From the NCBI RefSeq assembly GCF_004010195.1, contig NC_057753.1, positions 8,743,484-8,807,483 of the forward strand: a stretch of DNA of 64,000 bases, given 5' to 3'. The DNA is from Chiloscyllium plagiosum. Taxonomy: Eukaryota. The number at the start of each line of letters is the position of its first letter. The first letter of the stretch is position 1. The notes below the pieces were generated by a model. That model saw only the letters and a program-made list of their open reading frames with translations. It made no database searches and had not been told where the DNA came from. This document shows positions 37,701-50,682 of the stretch, piece after piece. A program made the translations under genes and the position numbers.

Positions 37701-39345
37701 ATCTTATTCTCTGCTTTGTTCCTGCCTACCCTGAATGTTTGACTCGTCTTTGTTCTCAACTGTACCAGTGTGAGATTGATGTGTTTCCTCACTATCTCCC
37801 TGGCTCCCACCGCCCCCCACTTAATGGTTTAAATCCTCCGGAGCAGCTCTCGCAAACGTCCCTGCCAGTGTATTAGTACCCTTCCAATTTAAGTGCAATC
37901 CCGTCCTTCTTGTACAGGTCACTTCTACCCGAAAATAGCTTCCGATGATCCAAACATGTGAATCCTTCTTCCGTACACCAGCTCCTCAGCCATGCATTTA
38001 TCAGCTCTATCCTCCTATTCCCGCCTCACTAGCATGTAGCACCGGGAGTAATCCAGATATTACTACTCTGGAGGACCTCCTTTTTAAATTCCTGCCTAAC
38101 ACTCTGTAATCTCCCTTCAGAATCTCAACCTTTCCCTTCCTATGTCGGATGTTCCAATGTATACAATGACTCCTGCTGGCCCCTCTAGCCCTTGAGAACA
38201 TTCTGCACCCTATCCGAGACATCCTTTATCGTGGAACCAGGGAAGCAACACACCATCCTGATTTTTTGGTGCTGGCCACAGAAACGTCTGTCTGTACCTC
38301 GGACTAGAGAGTCCGTAAAACTAAAGAGTCCCCAACTGCTTGGAACTCGATATTCCTCTCTTACATTAGAACCAGTCTCAATACCAGCAACTTACTTGTT
38401 CGTGCTACATTCCCCTGAGAATCCATCACACCCTACATTTTCCAAAGTAGCATACTTATTTGAAATGGGGATAGCCACAGAAGACCCCTACACTACCTAC
38501 CACTCTTATCTTTCCTGGAGTTAACCCATCTATGTGACTGTATTTGTGACTTTTCCCCTTGCCATCCATCATATCCCCGTGCTCTTGTAAATTCCTCATT
38601 GCCTCTAATTGTCACTCCAACCGATCTATTTGATATGATAGGATTCGTAACCAACGGCATTTATTACAGATATAATCCTCAGTAACCCGTAAACTCTCCC
38701 TGAGCTCCCACAGATCATATGATACGAAAGACCATTTTTGCATCTTCCAATCTACAGACCCAGAAAATAGCACTGTCTTATTCCTCTACAAAACACTGCT
38801 CCAGGTTAAATTAATACTTATGGCTTATATTTTAAGTTTAATCAATAAAGATATAGCTCAATAAAATCTATCAACAAGACAGAACCCACTCTACTCACGA
38901 CTGCAGACTTATGTTCATGCCTTGTTTAAAATCCACTTATCTGATTTTGTGCTGTGACCTCTCCAAGACTGGCTCCTCCTAGATCAGTTGTGAATTTCAC
39001 AGTTTTTAAAATTTCCCCAGATGCACTCCAATGTCCAGCGAAACATGAATTCAACAGCAAAGGCAGTAACTGCTAACTCTGTCAGTTAGCAATGTGGGTT
39101 TCGTTTTTTCTCTCTCTCCTGCACTGACCTCACCATGTGTTTCCTTTGTCTGTCCTCTCTCTTTTGAAACTGCTGTTTCTTTTACTCTTCTTTTCTCCAA
39201 AGTTCCAAAACAATGCTACAGCATATAAAACAGTAATTGGTACTCCTGGAATTCGAGGAAATCACCTCCAACACCTAAAATACCTCAAAAAAGGAGTAGC
39301 TGTTCCAACCAGATATTTTTCCCATCCTCCATCTTGGATTACCCA
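34790..39345 (-). mobile_element. near full-length CR1 LINE, inactivated
   Basis: RT (VSLTSVVGKLLE..QHGFVRGKSCLTNL..YMDFSKAFDKV), APE, ORF1 (RVVISGLLPV) and an AT-rich 5' region; tail reverse gagtcatagaatcgtagag. Confidence 0.9.
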
Positions 39346-39404
39346 GAATCCTATCTCTCTGCCTTTGAATTTCCACAGGAATGCAATTAAATACGCTAAT
39401 GCCA

Positions 39405-40895
39405 TTTATACTTCAAATTGCTTTTGGAAAGGCAAATCAAGGCAGGACTTTTACACTGAATGGTAAGGTCCTGAGGAATGTTGCTGAACAAAGCGACCTT
39501 GGAGTGCAGGTTCATAGTTCCTTGAAAGTAGAGGTGCACGTAGATAAGATAGTAAAGAAGGCGTTTGGTATGCTTTCCTTTTTTGGTCAGAGCACTGAGT
39601 GTAGGAGTTGGGAGGTCATGTTGTGACTGTACAGGACTTTGGTTAGGCCATTGCGCTGACGTCTGGTCTCCCTGCGATAGGAAGCATTTTGTGAAACTTG
39701 AAACAGATTCAGAAAAGATTTATAAGGATGTTTCCAGAGTTGGAGGGTTTGAGCCATAGAGAGAGGCTGAATAGTCTGGGGCTGTTTTCCTTGGGCGTCA
39801 GAGGCTGAGTGGTGATGTTATAGAGGTTTATAAAATGATGAGGAACATGGATATCGTGAATAGACAAGGTCTTTTCCCCAGAGTAGCAGAGTCCAAAACC
39901 AGAGGGCATAGGTTTAAGACAAGAGGGTAAAGGATTAAAAGAGACCTAAGGGGCAACCTTTTCATGCAGAGGGTATGTGAGGTTGGAACGAGTTGCCAGA
40001 GAAGGTGGTGGAGGTTGGTACAATTTAAAAGCTATCTGGATCAGTATGCGAATAGGAAGAGTTCAGATGGATATTGTGATGAAACGGGTAAACCCCCCTG
40101 CAGTACAGAAAAGATTTATCCTGTGTGGTTATCTATGAAAATTCGAGAGGCCAAGAACTATTTAAAGTAAAAATTAACAACTTTATTTCTTAAAGTGTAA
40201 CAGTGAATAATTAACTAACATCTATTTACAACTCCTTCCTCTAACCTATCTTTTGCTTTCCTTTCTATAATACGAGTCCAATAAAACCCCCGATTTAAGA
40301 TTTCCCAAAAAAATCAACTTTCAAAGCCAGCCAGTTGTCGAATTGTCTCTTTATATCTTCCTCCGTCTTTCTTTTCTTCTCCTTAGAAATTTCTGTTTCA
40401 CAGGTCACTGATCCATAAAGATACCTTTCAGAGAGCTGTTCTGTGGGACATCTGCAGATGCTGGTGGCTTGGCAGTTCTCCCCATAACTATTCAATTTTC
40501 CCTGCGCCTACACCCCCAAAGCATCAGATTGTGTCATTGGCTTTTAATAATGTCAATGTACTCAATTCAAACTTCATTGGAGTTGGTATTTTTCGGGGTA
40601 TAATTTCAACTGATTGGCCTAATTCGAATTTGTTTTTGTCTCCAGGCAACCGGCTACCTTAGCTGCTGGACCACGCATTTCATTGTATCTTGTTCAGAAC
40701 ACTTGGTGCCGTCAGGTAGTTCTGCTAACTTTTAGCTCTCTTAAGGGTACAGTCCACCCACATCTTCATAACAATATGGACCAAGTGCTGGCAAATGGGA
40801 TTGGATTAATCTAGGATATCTGGTCGGCATGGACCAGTTGGACCGAAGGGTCTGTTTCCATAGCGTGCATTTCTGTAACTCCATGGCTCTATGTT
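39405..40895 (+). mobile_element. CR1 3' portion split by an LTR insertion
   Basis: EQSDLGVQVHSSLKV..KKAFGML; sequence resumes at 40774 with atatggaccaagtgctggcaaatggg. Confidence 0.85.
40075..40773. mobile_element. solo LTR (699 bp), Gypsy-like, with 4-bp TSD ATAT
   Basis: ends TGTGATGAA...TTCATAACA (imperfect terminal inverted repeat, TG..CA); ATAT at 40071-40074 and 40774-40777; interrupts a contiguous CR1 3' end. Confidence 0.85.
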
Positions 40896-41327
40896 GATAT
40901 TTAACGTGGCTAACATTTACCAGGCCGTCTTCACTGACTGTGGGTCAGTTCCTTCCCTTTTATCCTGTGATCAATACTAGTCTTTGGACTCGCCAGGATA
41001 GAGGCTTCAATCAGCATTTCTCCGTAACGTTTCTTATCAAACTGTTTCCCAACAAGCAGTTGCATTTGCTGTTGTTTTGCCACGTCCATTGTATGCATTT
41101 ACCATGATCTTTTGCATGTTTAATTGATGCAAAGGATATGCTTCTTCTATGAAGGCTGCAATTACATTCGTTTATGGTTTAACTTCAGGCATCATGTTTA
41201 AACGCTGTTGTTTCTCCCTCACTACTTTTTTCCTGATGTTTGAAAGGTTATTTGGAATGAGAGAATTCAAACAAAACCACAACCAGTTCGGACCGTTACG
41301 CTGTTTACCATAAAGTCCTTATTACAG

Positions 41328-41940
41328 GTTTTTAAACGTGGAAGGAACAAGCTCAGTTCGAAATGGAGAGAAACACCCAATCTGTGAAGTATCATCTGAA
41401 ATGTCCAAACACCCACACAGTCACTCAGGCGAGTGGCTGTGGAAGTGTTCCGATTGTGGGAAGGGATTTCTTTATCCATCCTGGCTCGACATTCACCAAC
41501 ACAGTCACACTGGGGAGAAGCCATTCACCTGCTCTGAGTGTGAGAAGGGATTCGTTTCTGACCTGTTGAGACACCAGCGAGTTCACACTGGAGCGAGACC
41601 GTTCACCTGCTCTGAGTGTGGGAAAGGATTCACCTGCTCGCTAAACCGCTGGAACATCAGCAAGTTAACGCTGGCTAGAAACCTTTTCACCTGCTCCCCG
41701 TATAGAAAAGGTTTTGCTGTTACATCGAACCTGTTCACACACCAACCATTTTTACATTGGTCAGAAACTGTTCACTTGGTGATTCATGGCAAAGGTTTAA
41801 CTCAGTCAGCCGACTTTGTGACGCACCAGCGGGTTCACACTGGGGAGAAATAATTCACTTGATCAGTGTGTGGGAAGGGATTCACTCTGTCATCCGAACT
41901 GCTCACACACCAGAGAGTTCACAAAGGACCACATTTGAAG
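41328..41940 (+). pseudogene. C2H2 zinc-finger array pseudogene/exon
   Basis: [54 protein letters not shown]; later fingers shortened or frameshifted, with stops at ~41851 and ~41860. Confidence 0.88.
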
Positions 41941-42664
41941 AATTTTGCTCTTACTCACATGAGGGAAAGAATCATGGTCATTGAGCTGTTTGTACTGATG
42001 TTACTAAACCCTGTTTTGTTAACGTCATAGAGTCATAGAGATGTACAGCACAGAAACAGACCCTTAAGTCCAACTCGACCACTCCAACCAGTAATCCGAA
42101 TCTAATCGATCCTATTTGCAGCACTTGGCCCATGTCCCTTCAAACCTTTCCGATTCATATACCCTTTCAGGTGCCCTTTAAATGTTGCAGTTGTACCAGC
42201 CTCCCCCACTTCCTCTGGCAGGTCATTCCATAGCCACACCACCCTCGGCGTGACAACGTAGCGCCTTAGGTCCGTTTAATATCTTTCACCTCTCACCCTA
42301 AGCTCTGCCCACGAGTTATGGACTACCCCACGCCAGGGAAAAGATTTTATCTATTTTTCCTATCCGTGCCCCTCATGATTTTACAATCTTCTATAAACTC
42401 ATCCCTCAGCCTCCGACACTCCAGGGAAACAGTCCCAGCTTTTTCAGTCTCTCCCTCTAGCTCAAATTCTGCAACCCTGGCAACATCCTTGTTTCTGAAC
42501 CCTTTCAAGTTTCACAAAATCCTCCCGATAGGAAGGAGACCAGAATTACATACAATATTCCAAAACTGGCCGAACCAGTTCCTGCACAGCCTCAACATGA
42601 CCTCCCAACTCTAAAACTCAATGCTCTGATCAGTAAAGGAATGCATTCAAAACACCTTATTCAC

Positions 42665-43040
42665 ATTAACAACACAGAGGTGGAACAAGTGGACAGTGTC
42701 AAGCTCGTGGGAGTGGTCATCCACATCACGTTTTCTTGGACTCTTCATGTGGACGCACTGGTTAGTAAAGGTTGATGCTGGAGATCAGAGTCTAGATTAG
42801 AGTTGTGTTGAAAAAGCACAGCAGGTCAGGCAGCATCCAAGGAGCAGGAAAATCGACGTTTCGGGCAGAAGCCCTTCATCAGGAAGGGTACATTCGCCTG
42901 TACCTGTGTTTTTGCTGCTGTTTACCTATTACTTACTTAACTATGCTACTTCACTCTGTTATCTGACTGTATTGCTCGCAAGACAAAGGTTTTCACTGTG
43001 CCTCAGTACACGTGACAATAAATTCAATTCAATTCAATTT
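42665..43040 (+). mobile_element. Rex1-like LINE 3' fragment with (attca)n tail, itself containing a Penelope terminal piece (~42775-42885, minus)
   Basis: INNTEVEQVDSVKLVGVVI...SWTLHVDALVSK; 3' gtgacaataaattcaattcaattcaatt. Confidence 0.6.
42850..42886 (-). ncRNA. minimal type I hammerhead ribozyme motif in a Penelope terminus
   Basis: minus TTC-CTGATGA-A-GGGC-TTCT-GCCC-GAAA-C-GTC-GATTT: conserved core, 4-bp stem II, palindromic ACGT stem III. Confidence 0.72.
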
Positions 43041-43614
43041 GCTATCTTATCTACCTGCGACTCTACTTTCAAGGAGCTATGAAATTGAACTCTATGGTCT
43101 CTTTATTCAGCAACACTTCATAGGAGCTTTCTATTAAGTATGTAAGTCCTGCCCTGATTTGCCTTTCAAAAATGCAGAACCTCATATTTATCTAAACTGA
43201 ACTCCATCTGCCACTCCTAAGCCCATCTGATCCAGATCCCATGTACTCTGAGGTAACCTTCGCTGTCCACTACACCTCCAGATTTCATGTCCTCTGCAAA
43301 CTTACTAATTATACCTTCTATTTTCATATCCAAATCATGTATATAAATGACGAAAAGTAGTGGACCCAGCACCGATCCTTGTGTGGCACACCACTGATCA
43401 CTGGCTTCCAGTCTGAAAAGCAAGTCTCCACTACCACCCTCTGTCTTCTACCTTCAAGCCAGTTCTGCATCCATATGTACTGACATTGTGGCTAAAATGC
43501 TCATAAAATTGACCATCTGTTGGGCAGATTTTGCAAATTATCCCGAATCACTGTAAATCAACACAGCAACACTGGATAGAGACTTTCTGTCTGCACAATT
43601 TTTGAAAATATATT

Positions 43615-44880
43615 TTCTGGTTCATCAAATGATCAACAGGAATTCGAGGAACAAAATTGCAGGGAGATTGGGGAGACTGGCAGGAGCATTAAGCTTGTCA
43701 TATTAGGGGATTTTAATTTTCTTAATGTGGATTGGGACTGCCAGAGTGTTAAGGGCTTAGACGGGTTGGATTTGCTAACTGCGTCGAGGAATGTTTCCTC
43801 AAGCAGTAGAAAGAGGGCACTACTCGGCAGGGGTAAAACTCAACCCTGCTCTTGGGAATTGGGGCAGGACAATTAGAGGAGGTGACAGTGGTGGTGGTGG
43901 TGGGGGGGGGCACTACAAGACCAGAAACCATAGATCTGTTAATATTGAAATAGTTATAGAGAGGGACAAAATTGGTCCACAGATTCAAGTTCTAACTTGG
44001 GGCAAGGGGAGTTTTGATGGAATTAGACAGGAGCTGAATGCAATAGTTTGTTTGCAGGCATTGGGACCGCTGGCAAGTAGGAGGCTTTTAAAAGTGACAT
44101 AGCAAGAGTTCAAGGTCTATATGTTTCTGTGAGTGTGAAAGGCAAGACTGGCAGCAATAGGGATCCTGGATGAAAATATCTATTGAGGCTTTGACCAGTA
44201 AAAAGAAGGAGGCGTGGCTAAGGTACGGGCAACTTGGATCAAGAGAATCCCTGAAGGTATAACAAGGAAATTAGGGGAGCGAAAAAGAGGCGCGAGAGAG
44301 CCATGACTGAGAAGATTAGGTTGAATTCAAAAATGTTTTAACTTGAGAGAGAAAGAAAATAGGACTCGTCAAGGACCAAAGTGGATACGTTTGTATAGAA
44401 CTGCAGGAGATGGGCGAGTTTGTCAATGAATATTTCTCCTCCGTGTATACCGTGGCGAAAGATATGAAGACATGTGAGTCGAGTGGTGATATCTTGGGGA
44501 CAGCCCATATCACAGTAGAGAAGGTGTTCGATATATTAGAATGTGTCTCAATCTCCACGTCCTTACTCAATATATCAAGAACACTACAAGAGGCGGGAGA
44601 AGATTTTACGGGAGCTCTGGCTGATATTTTTGCATCATCATTCGCCACGGGTGAATTTCTGGAAAACTAGCAGGTAGTGAATGTTGCACCATTATTCAAG
44701 AAGGGCTGCAAAGAAAACTTGAGAACTATAGACCAGTGCGCTTAACATCTGTGGTGGGTAAGATACATCTGACCAGGGATTGTCCAAACACAGTGAATGA
44801 TGGTGGAAGGTTGTTTTTCAGACCAACAGTGCTTCACAGTGATCAGTGGTGGGTCCATTTCTTTTTGTCATTTTAATAAG
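43615..44880 (+). mobile_element. degraded CR1 ORF2 fragments
   Basis: attaggggattttaattttc (GDFNF), MGEFVNEYFSSVYT, LADIFASS, ttcaagaagggctgcaaag. Confidence 0.75.
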
Positions 44881-44889
44881 TTCTTACGA

Positions 44890-47750
44890 TGTAAGAGCAG
44901 AATTAGGCCATTCGGCCTATCGAGTCTGCTCCGCCATTCAGTTATGGCTGATGTGCTCCTCACCCCCATTTTACTGCCTTCTCTCCATGTCCATTCAACC
45001 CATTATCAATTAAAAGTCCACTTAAACTCTCCATAAATTTGCTCACTGTCCCAGGATCTACCTCACTTTGGGATAGTGAATTTCACAGATTCACAATCCT
45101 TTGAGAGAAGAAGTTTCTCTTCAACTCTGTTTTAATTTTGTTACGCCTTATCTTAAGACTATGACCGGTCGTTCTAGAATCCATTCTATGTCTACTATAT
45201 CCACGCCTTGTGTCATCTTGAAAGCCTCAATTTGATCTCCCCTAATTTTTCTAAATTCCTGAGAGCGTAGGAATAAACCATTCAATCTCTCTTCACCTCG
45301 GTGATCAATGTAGCGAACCTGCTCTGAACTGCCTCCAATATCCCAACACCGTTCCTCAAATAAGGGGACCAAGACTGTGCACAATATTCCAGGTGTCGTC
45401 TCACCAATACCTTCTGTAGTTGCGACAGTATTTCTTTACCTTTATCTTCTATTCCTTTAGCTATGAAAGCCAACATTCCATCCAATTGCTTTATTATCTG
45501 CTCGATCTGCATGCTAGTCTTCTGTGACACATGAATGCGTGCATGTATATCTCTCTGCACTGGAGCACCCTGAAGTGTCTCCCCATTAAGATAATAGGTC
45601 GCCTTTTCAAATCTTCGAATCAAATCCATGGCCTCGCACTTATCCACGTTAAAGTCCATCTGCCATATTTTCACCCACTCTCCTAACCTATCTATCTCTG
45701 TTTGTAAGGTTCTTATTTCCTCAATGCAATTTACTTTCCAGCCTATGTTTGTGTCATCTGCAAATTTGTCTATAAGCCTTTTAGCCCTGTATCCCATTTG
45801 TTAATGTCGATTGTAAATAGCAGGGATCCAAAGACCAAACTCTGCGGCACCCCATTAGTTACATCTTGCCACCCAGGAAAAGAAAAACTTTTACCCCAAC
45901 TCTCTGTCTTCTGTCCATCAGCCAGTCTTCTATCCAGGCTAATAAATTATCCCATATCCCATATGATCTAAACTTGTGAATTAACCTTTTGTGCGGCACC
46001 TTTTCAAATACCTTCTGGAAGTCAAGATAAGTTATGTCTACAGCATCCCTATTATCCACTTTGGTTGTTACTTCTTCGAAGAAATCTCTAAATAAGTCAA
46101 ACATGACTTGCCCTTCGTAAAACCATACAGATTCTAATGGATGGTGGCTTGACTTTCCAAATGTCCTGATATTGCTTTCTTGATAACTGATTCTAACACT
46201 TTTCCAACAACACATATTCAGCTAACTGGTCTGTAATTTCCTACAGTTTGAGTAACGGCGTAATTTTAGCTATTTTCCAATCCACTGGAACCTTTCCAGT
46301 GTCTATGGAATTTTGGATTACTGTAACCAATGGATCTATTGTCTCTTCTGCCACTTCCTTTAATACTCTTGAATGCAGGCCATCAGGGCCCAGGGAATGT
46401 ATCTGTCCTCAATCCTAATAGTTTCTTTTGTACCTTTTCCCTATCTATGTTGATTGTTCTAAGTTCTACCTTATCTATTGTCTCTGCCTTGCTCGTTCCA
46501 ACAGGAATGGTACTATTGTCCTCCTCCTTGAAAACTGAGCCAAAGTATTGAATCAGCATCTCTGCCAACTCACTGTTAACTCTCCGGTTTCATTTTCCAA
46601 GAGGCAAGCATTCACATTAATGACTCTCTTTCATTTTAAATATCTATAGAAGCTTTTGCTATCCTGTTTGATATTTTGTACTAGCTTTCCTTCATAATTT
46701 CCCTTAGCTCTTTTTTGTTAGTTTTTAAATATTCCTTTTATTATGTCTGAAAGTTTCCCAATTTCTGACCCTGCCACTGGCCTTTGCAATATGGTGTACT
46801 ATAGTTTTTGACTTTATATTGTCCTTGTCCTCCTTTTTACACCTGGGTGCTTTTTTTGTTTGTTTTACTGCCCTTACCTCGTTCTTTCTCTCTGGGATGT
46901 ATTTCAGGAATTGAGTAGCTCCCTAAAAATCTGGCACTGCTCATCCGCTGTCTCACCATTTAGCCTTTCTGCTCAATCTACTCGTGCCAAATCTGTCGTC
47001 ATCCCTATATAATTCCTTTGTTTAATTACATAACACTATTGTGGGACTTCACTTTCTCACCCACAAACTGAATTTTGAATTCTACCAGACCATGGTCATT
47101 ACTCTCTACAGGACCATTAACTATGATGCCATCAATTAATGTCTCCTCATTGCACAATACCAAATCCAGAGTAGGCTGCTCCCTGGTTGGCTCCACAACA
47201 TACCGCTCCAAGAAACAATCTCCATAATATTCAATGAACTCTGCCTCCATGCTACTCTTTGATTCTTGCAATCTATGTGCATGTTAAAATCACCTATGAT
47301 TATTGCTGTACCTTTCCTGTAAGCCTCTAATATTTCCTGGTTTATACCGTGCCCCACTGAACAAACACGGTTTGGGGACCTATAGATTACTCCGAACAAG
47401 TACTTCTACCCTTTGCCATTTCTTATTTCTACCCAGATTGATTCCATATCTGATCTCCCATGCTTATGTCATTTCTCATTACAGCACTGATCCACTCCTT
47501 CGCCAGAAAGGCCACACCACCTACTTTTCCTTTCAGTCTGTCTCTCCGAAATGCTGAGTACCTCTATATATTCAATTCCCAGACCTGGTTTCCTTGTACC
47601 AAGTCTCGGTAATCGCTACCAAATCGTAACCTTTTGTTTCTATTTGCACTATTAAAACATTAGTTTTGTTTTGAGTGCTTCGTGCACTTATATACCAAAC
47701 TTTCAATTTAATTCCACTTTTAAATTCCCCAACTTTTAAAATAATTCCTT
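44890..47750 (-). mobile_element. CR1 LINE ORF2 (APE+RT) and 3' end, different subfamily, inactivated
   Basis: YDLVAITETW, IIGDFNMHID, YLDFQKVFEKVPH, KFADDTNIG, HLEYCAQSWSPY. Confidence 0.88.
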
Positions 47751-47889
47751 GGTGCATAAAAATATTCTCCTGTTCTTTCCCTCACCTTTATTGTCTGGTA
47801 ATCATCCGCCAGATCACTAACCTGCACTCTTACCTCCTCCAAGTTGGATTTTCTAATTTCAGTTATAACTGAAACTCCCAAGGTTTCTC

Positions 47890-48577
47890 TCGAGCAGAGA
47901 GACCGAAGTATTCAGGTACATAATGCATTGAAAAGTGCATCACATATAGATATGGTGGCTAAGAAGACGTTTTGCACGTTTGCATTCATTGCTCAGACCT
48001 TTGAGTCTCGGAGTTGGGAAATCATGTTGCGGTTGTACAAAATGTTGGTGTTGCCTCTTTTGGTGTGGTGTTCAGTTCAGCTCGCCATGATATAGGAAGA
48101 ATATTATTAAGCTGGAGAGGGCTCAAATGCTCCTAGGAATGGAAGGTTTGAGTAATAAGGAGAGGCTGGATAAACTGGGATTTTTTCCATTGCAATGTAG
48201 AAGGTTGACTGATGCATCTGATAGAAGTTTGTGCGATCATGAGTGGTATAGATAAGCTGAATAGCAGGAGTTTCTATGCCCGTGGGGTTGAGGATTTGAA
48301 GACTGGGGGCATATTTTTGTGGTGAGATGAAAAGATTTGCAAGAAGACATGAAGTGTATTTTTTTTTTAACAGGGTGTTAAATAAACTTCCAGAGAAAGT
48401 GATGGATACGGGAACGGTTGCAATGTTTAATAGACATTTAGGCAAGTACATGAATAGGACAGATTTTGAGAGGTATGTGCCAAGCGCAAGGAGGTGCGAC
48501 CAATTCAGTTTGGGGTGATGGTCGACATGGACTGTTTGGACCAAAGTGTCTGTTTCTGTGCTGTATAACTCTATGAT
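47890..48577 (+). mobile_element. CR1 3' fragment
   Basis: EQRDRSIQVHNALK..EIMLRLYKMLV; tail gtgctgtataactctatga. Confidence 0.8.
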
Positions 48578-49771
48578 GAAAATGACGTTCAAACATCTAC
48601 CCAGACTACTGTTTATTTTTGATTACAACATGCTCAACAATAAAGAACGCGTCACGCCACATTCACAATGAGCCCATTATTTTGAAGCTAGTTCCCCAGA
48701 ACATTCCCTGGAGCCATGGATGAGCAGTTCCTCGGTAACACCATGAAGGAAGAGCCTTCCCTTACGAGACTGCGATTCGGCAAGTGAAGGTGTGAATGAA
48801 GTCCTGACCAAACAGAGAATCTGGACAGTGTGAGAACAGAGTTCTGGCAGCCTGCTGTCTCAGGGGGTTGGGGGACTGTGCGAATTTATTCACGTACACT
48901 TTACAATGAATGACTACGACTGTGTGTGAATGCACAGAGGGTTATACATCTTCCTTTTCCTCTTCCCACACAGAATTTCTGTGCATCATCTGTGACAATG
49001 TCAGGACAATGTGATCTATCCTTCTGAAGTATGGAACCTAAAGTTTTCTTTCACCAACCATGTCATTACTACGCTCCACACCCCTGGCACATGCTCCCAC
49101 TCTGCAAGACTGGATGTATTGTGACGATTTTATCAGTAGTGTTGATGAGAGACATATTTTACTCCGCTAAACTGATGATTGATTCTGATGGATCTTGGTT
49201 CAATTTTGAAATTTACTCAAAATGCCATTGTACGTGAAAGGAAATATAGGAGGTTTGAACATGTCGTTAAGCATAATTTAATGACAGATTTAGAAAATAA
49301 TTAATAATGAGCAAGTGTGAACTAGTATTTCAGGACTGAACAGTCGCGAAGTAGGATGAAATCACATTGACTTCTCAATTACCCATCTTTCATTACCGAT
49401 AGAGTACATGATGATCAAGTAACCTGGCGCATTATTATTACACAGCAAATTCCAATGTTCAGTTCGAATGAAGATTGCCCAACCATTGCGCTTAAATATG
49501 GAACTCACTGATCTCAAACTTGGTAATTAGCAACCAGGGAAATGAACAGGTCAGAGAGGTCATGGGCATGAAGACACACCAATGGGATTATGGCTGCCAC
49601 TTTGGGGCAGCAACAGGGGATTTTATGGTCAGCACTGACTGGAGAAAGTGGTGGAGCTGAGCAACCTTTTGGTGGTACCAAGCATCTGACTATGCATCTG
49701 AGAGATGATAAATAAGCTGAAGTTTTCTACTAATGTGCCTGAAGTGGGCAGTCCACTTTAAAAAGAAAGTA

Positions 49772-50682
49772 TCAACATTTTAAAAGTTTAATAAGCAATC
49801 TTTGTGGATATTTCAAGCCATTCTTTAACTCGTCTCTGAATTTATTCTGGGTGCCTGCGTAAATAAACGGATTTATGCAAGAACTCAGCAACTGAAGCAT
49901 ATACCCGGATTCCTCCAGGATAAAGTATGATATATTGTCATCATAAACCGAGTAATAAACAACGTTTGCAATGCGGACATAGAGCACTGTTAGAAAAAAT
50001 ACCGAATAAAACAAAACAAAACTACCTGAAATGCCAAAGAGTAAGATAATGGACTTTTTCCGTTTCTCCATCTCTGGGTCACTCGGATTGTCTCCATTGC
50101 TCAGGGTGCGGAGTCTCCTGCGGGCTCGATTGGCCGCTAAAATGTGCCTGACAGTCAGAGCATTGAGCAGTAAGATCAGAATGAATGGAAGGCAGGGGAC
50201 GAGAATGGATCGGATCAAATCATATGCGGCCCACGACTGTGAGGTGCTAAATGTTAATTTTAGAACACAGAACCAGGGTACGTCATTAATTCTGTACAGT
50301 GGTTCAAATATAAAGTATAAAAACACATTTTTGAAACAGCTCAGCGTGCAGACGCCCCCTATAACCCACTTCACTGTTATTTCTGTGCAGTATTTGATTT
50401 TCATCTTCTGGCAACAAATGGCCACATATCGATCAAACGTGAAAGCGACTGTTAACCAGGCAGAAATATCTATGACTGAATAAATTAGGACAACGCGGAG
50501 ACTGCATATTGGTGTGATGGATAAGAAGCTGAATGGGAAATAAATACCAGCAGTCCGGTTTATAATCACGTTAACAGTAATGACCAAGAGATCTGCTAGT
50601 GCCATGGACACCACGTAGTAAATGATACATCCAGAGAGACCACATCTTCTTCGGTATAAGATTATGATCACTGACAAATTAG
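49772..50682 (-). CDS. GPCR copy B, exon 2; class A GPCR, GPR139/142-like; spliced product 326 aa
   Basis: acceptor ttctctctgttacag| before 50682; ANLSVIIIL, MALADLL, FTFDRYVAI, PCLPF, CINPFIY, NKFR; open through to the stop at 49772. Confidence 0.9.

Larger units (their letters stand above)
42025..43475 (-). mobile_element. CR1 3' portion with nested insertions
   Basis: [21 protein letters not shown] at 43217-43423; tail reverse catagagtcatagag. Confidence 0.85.
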
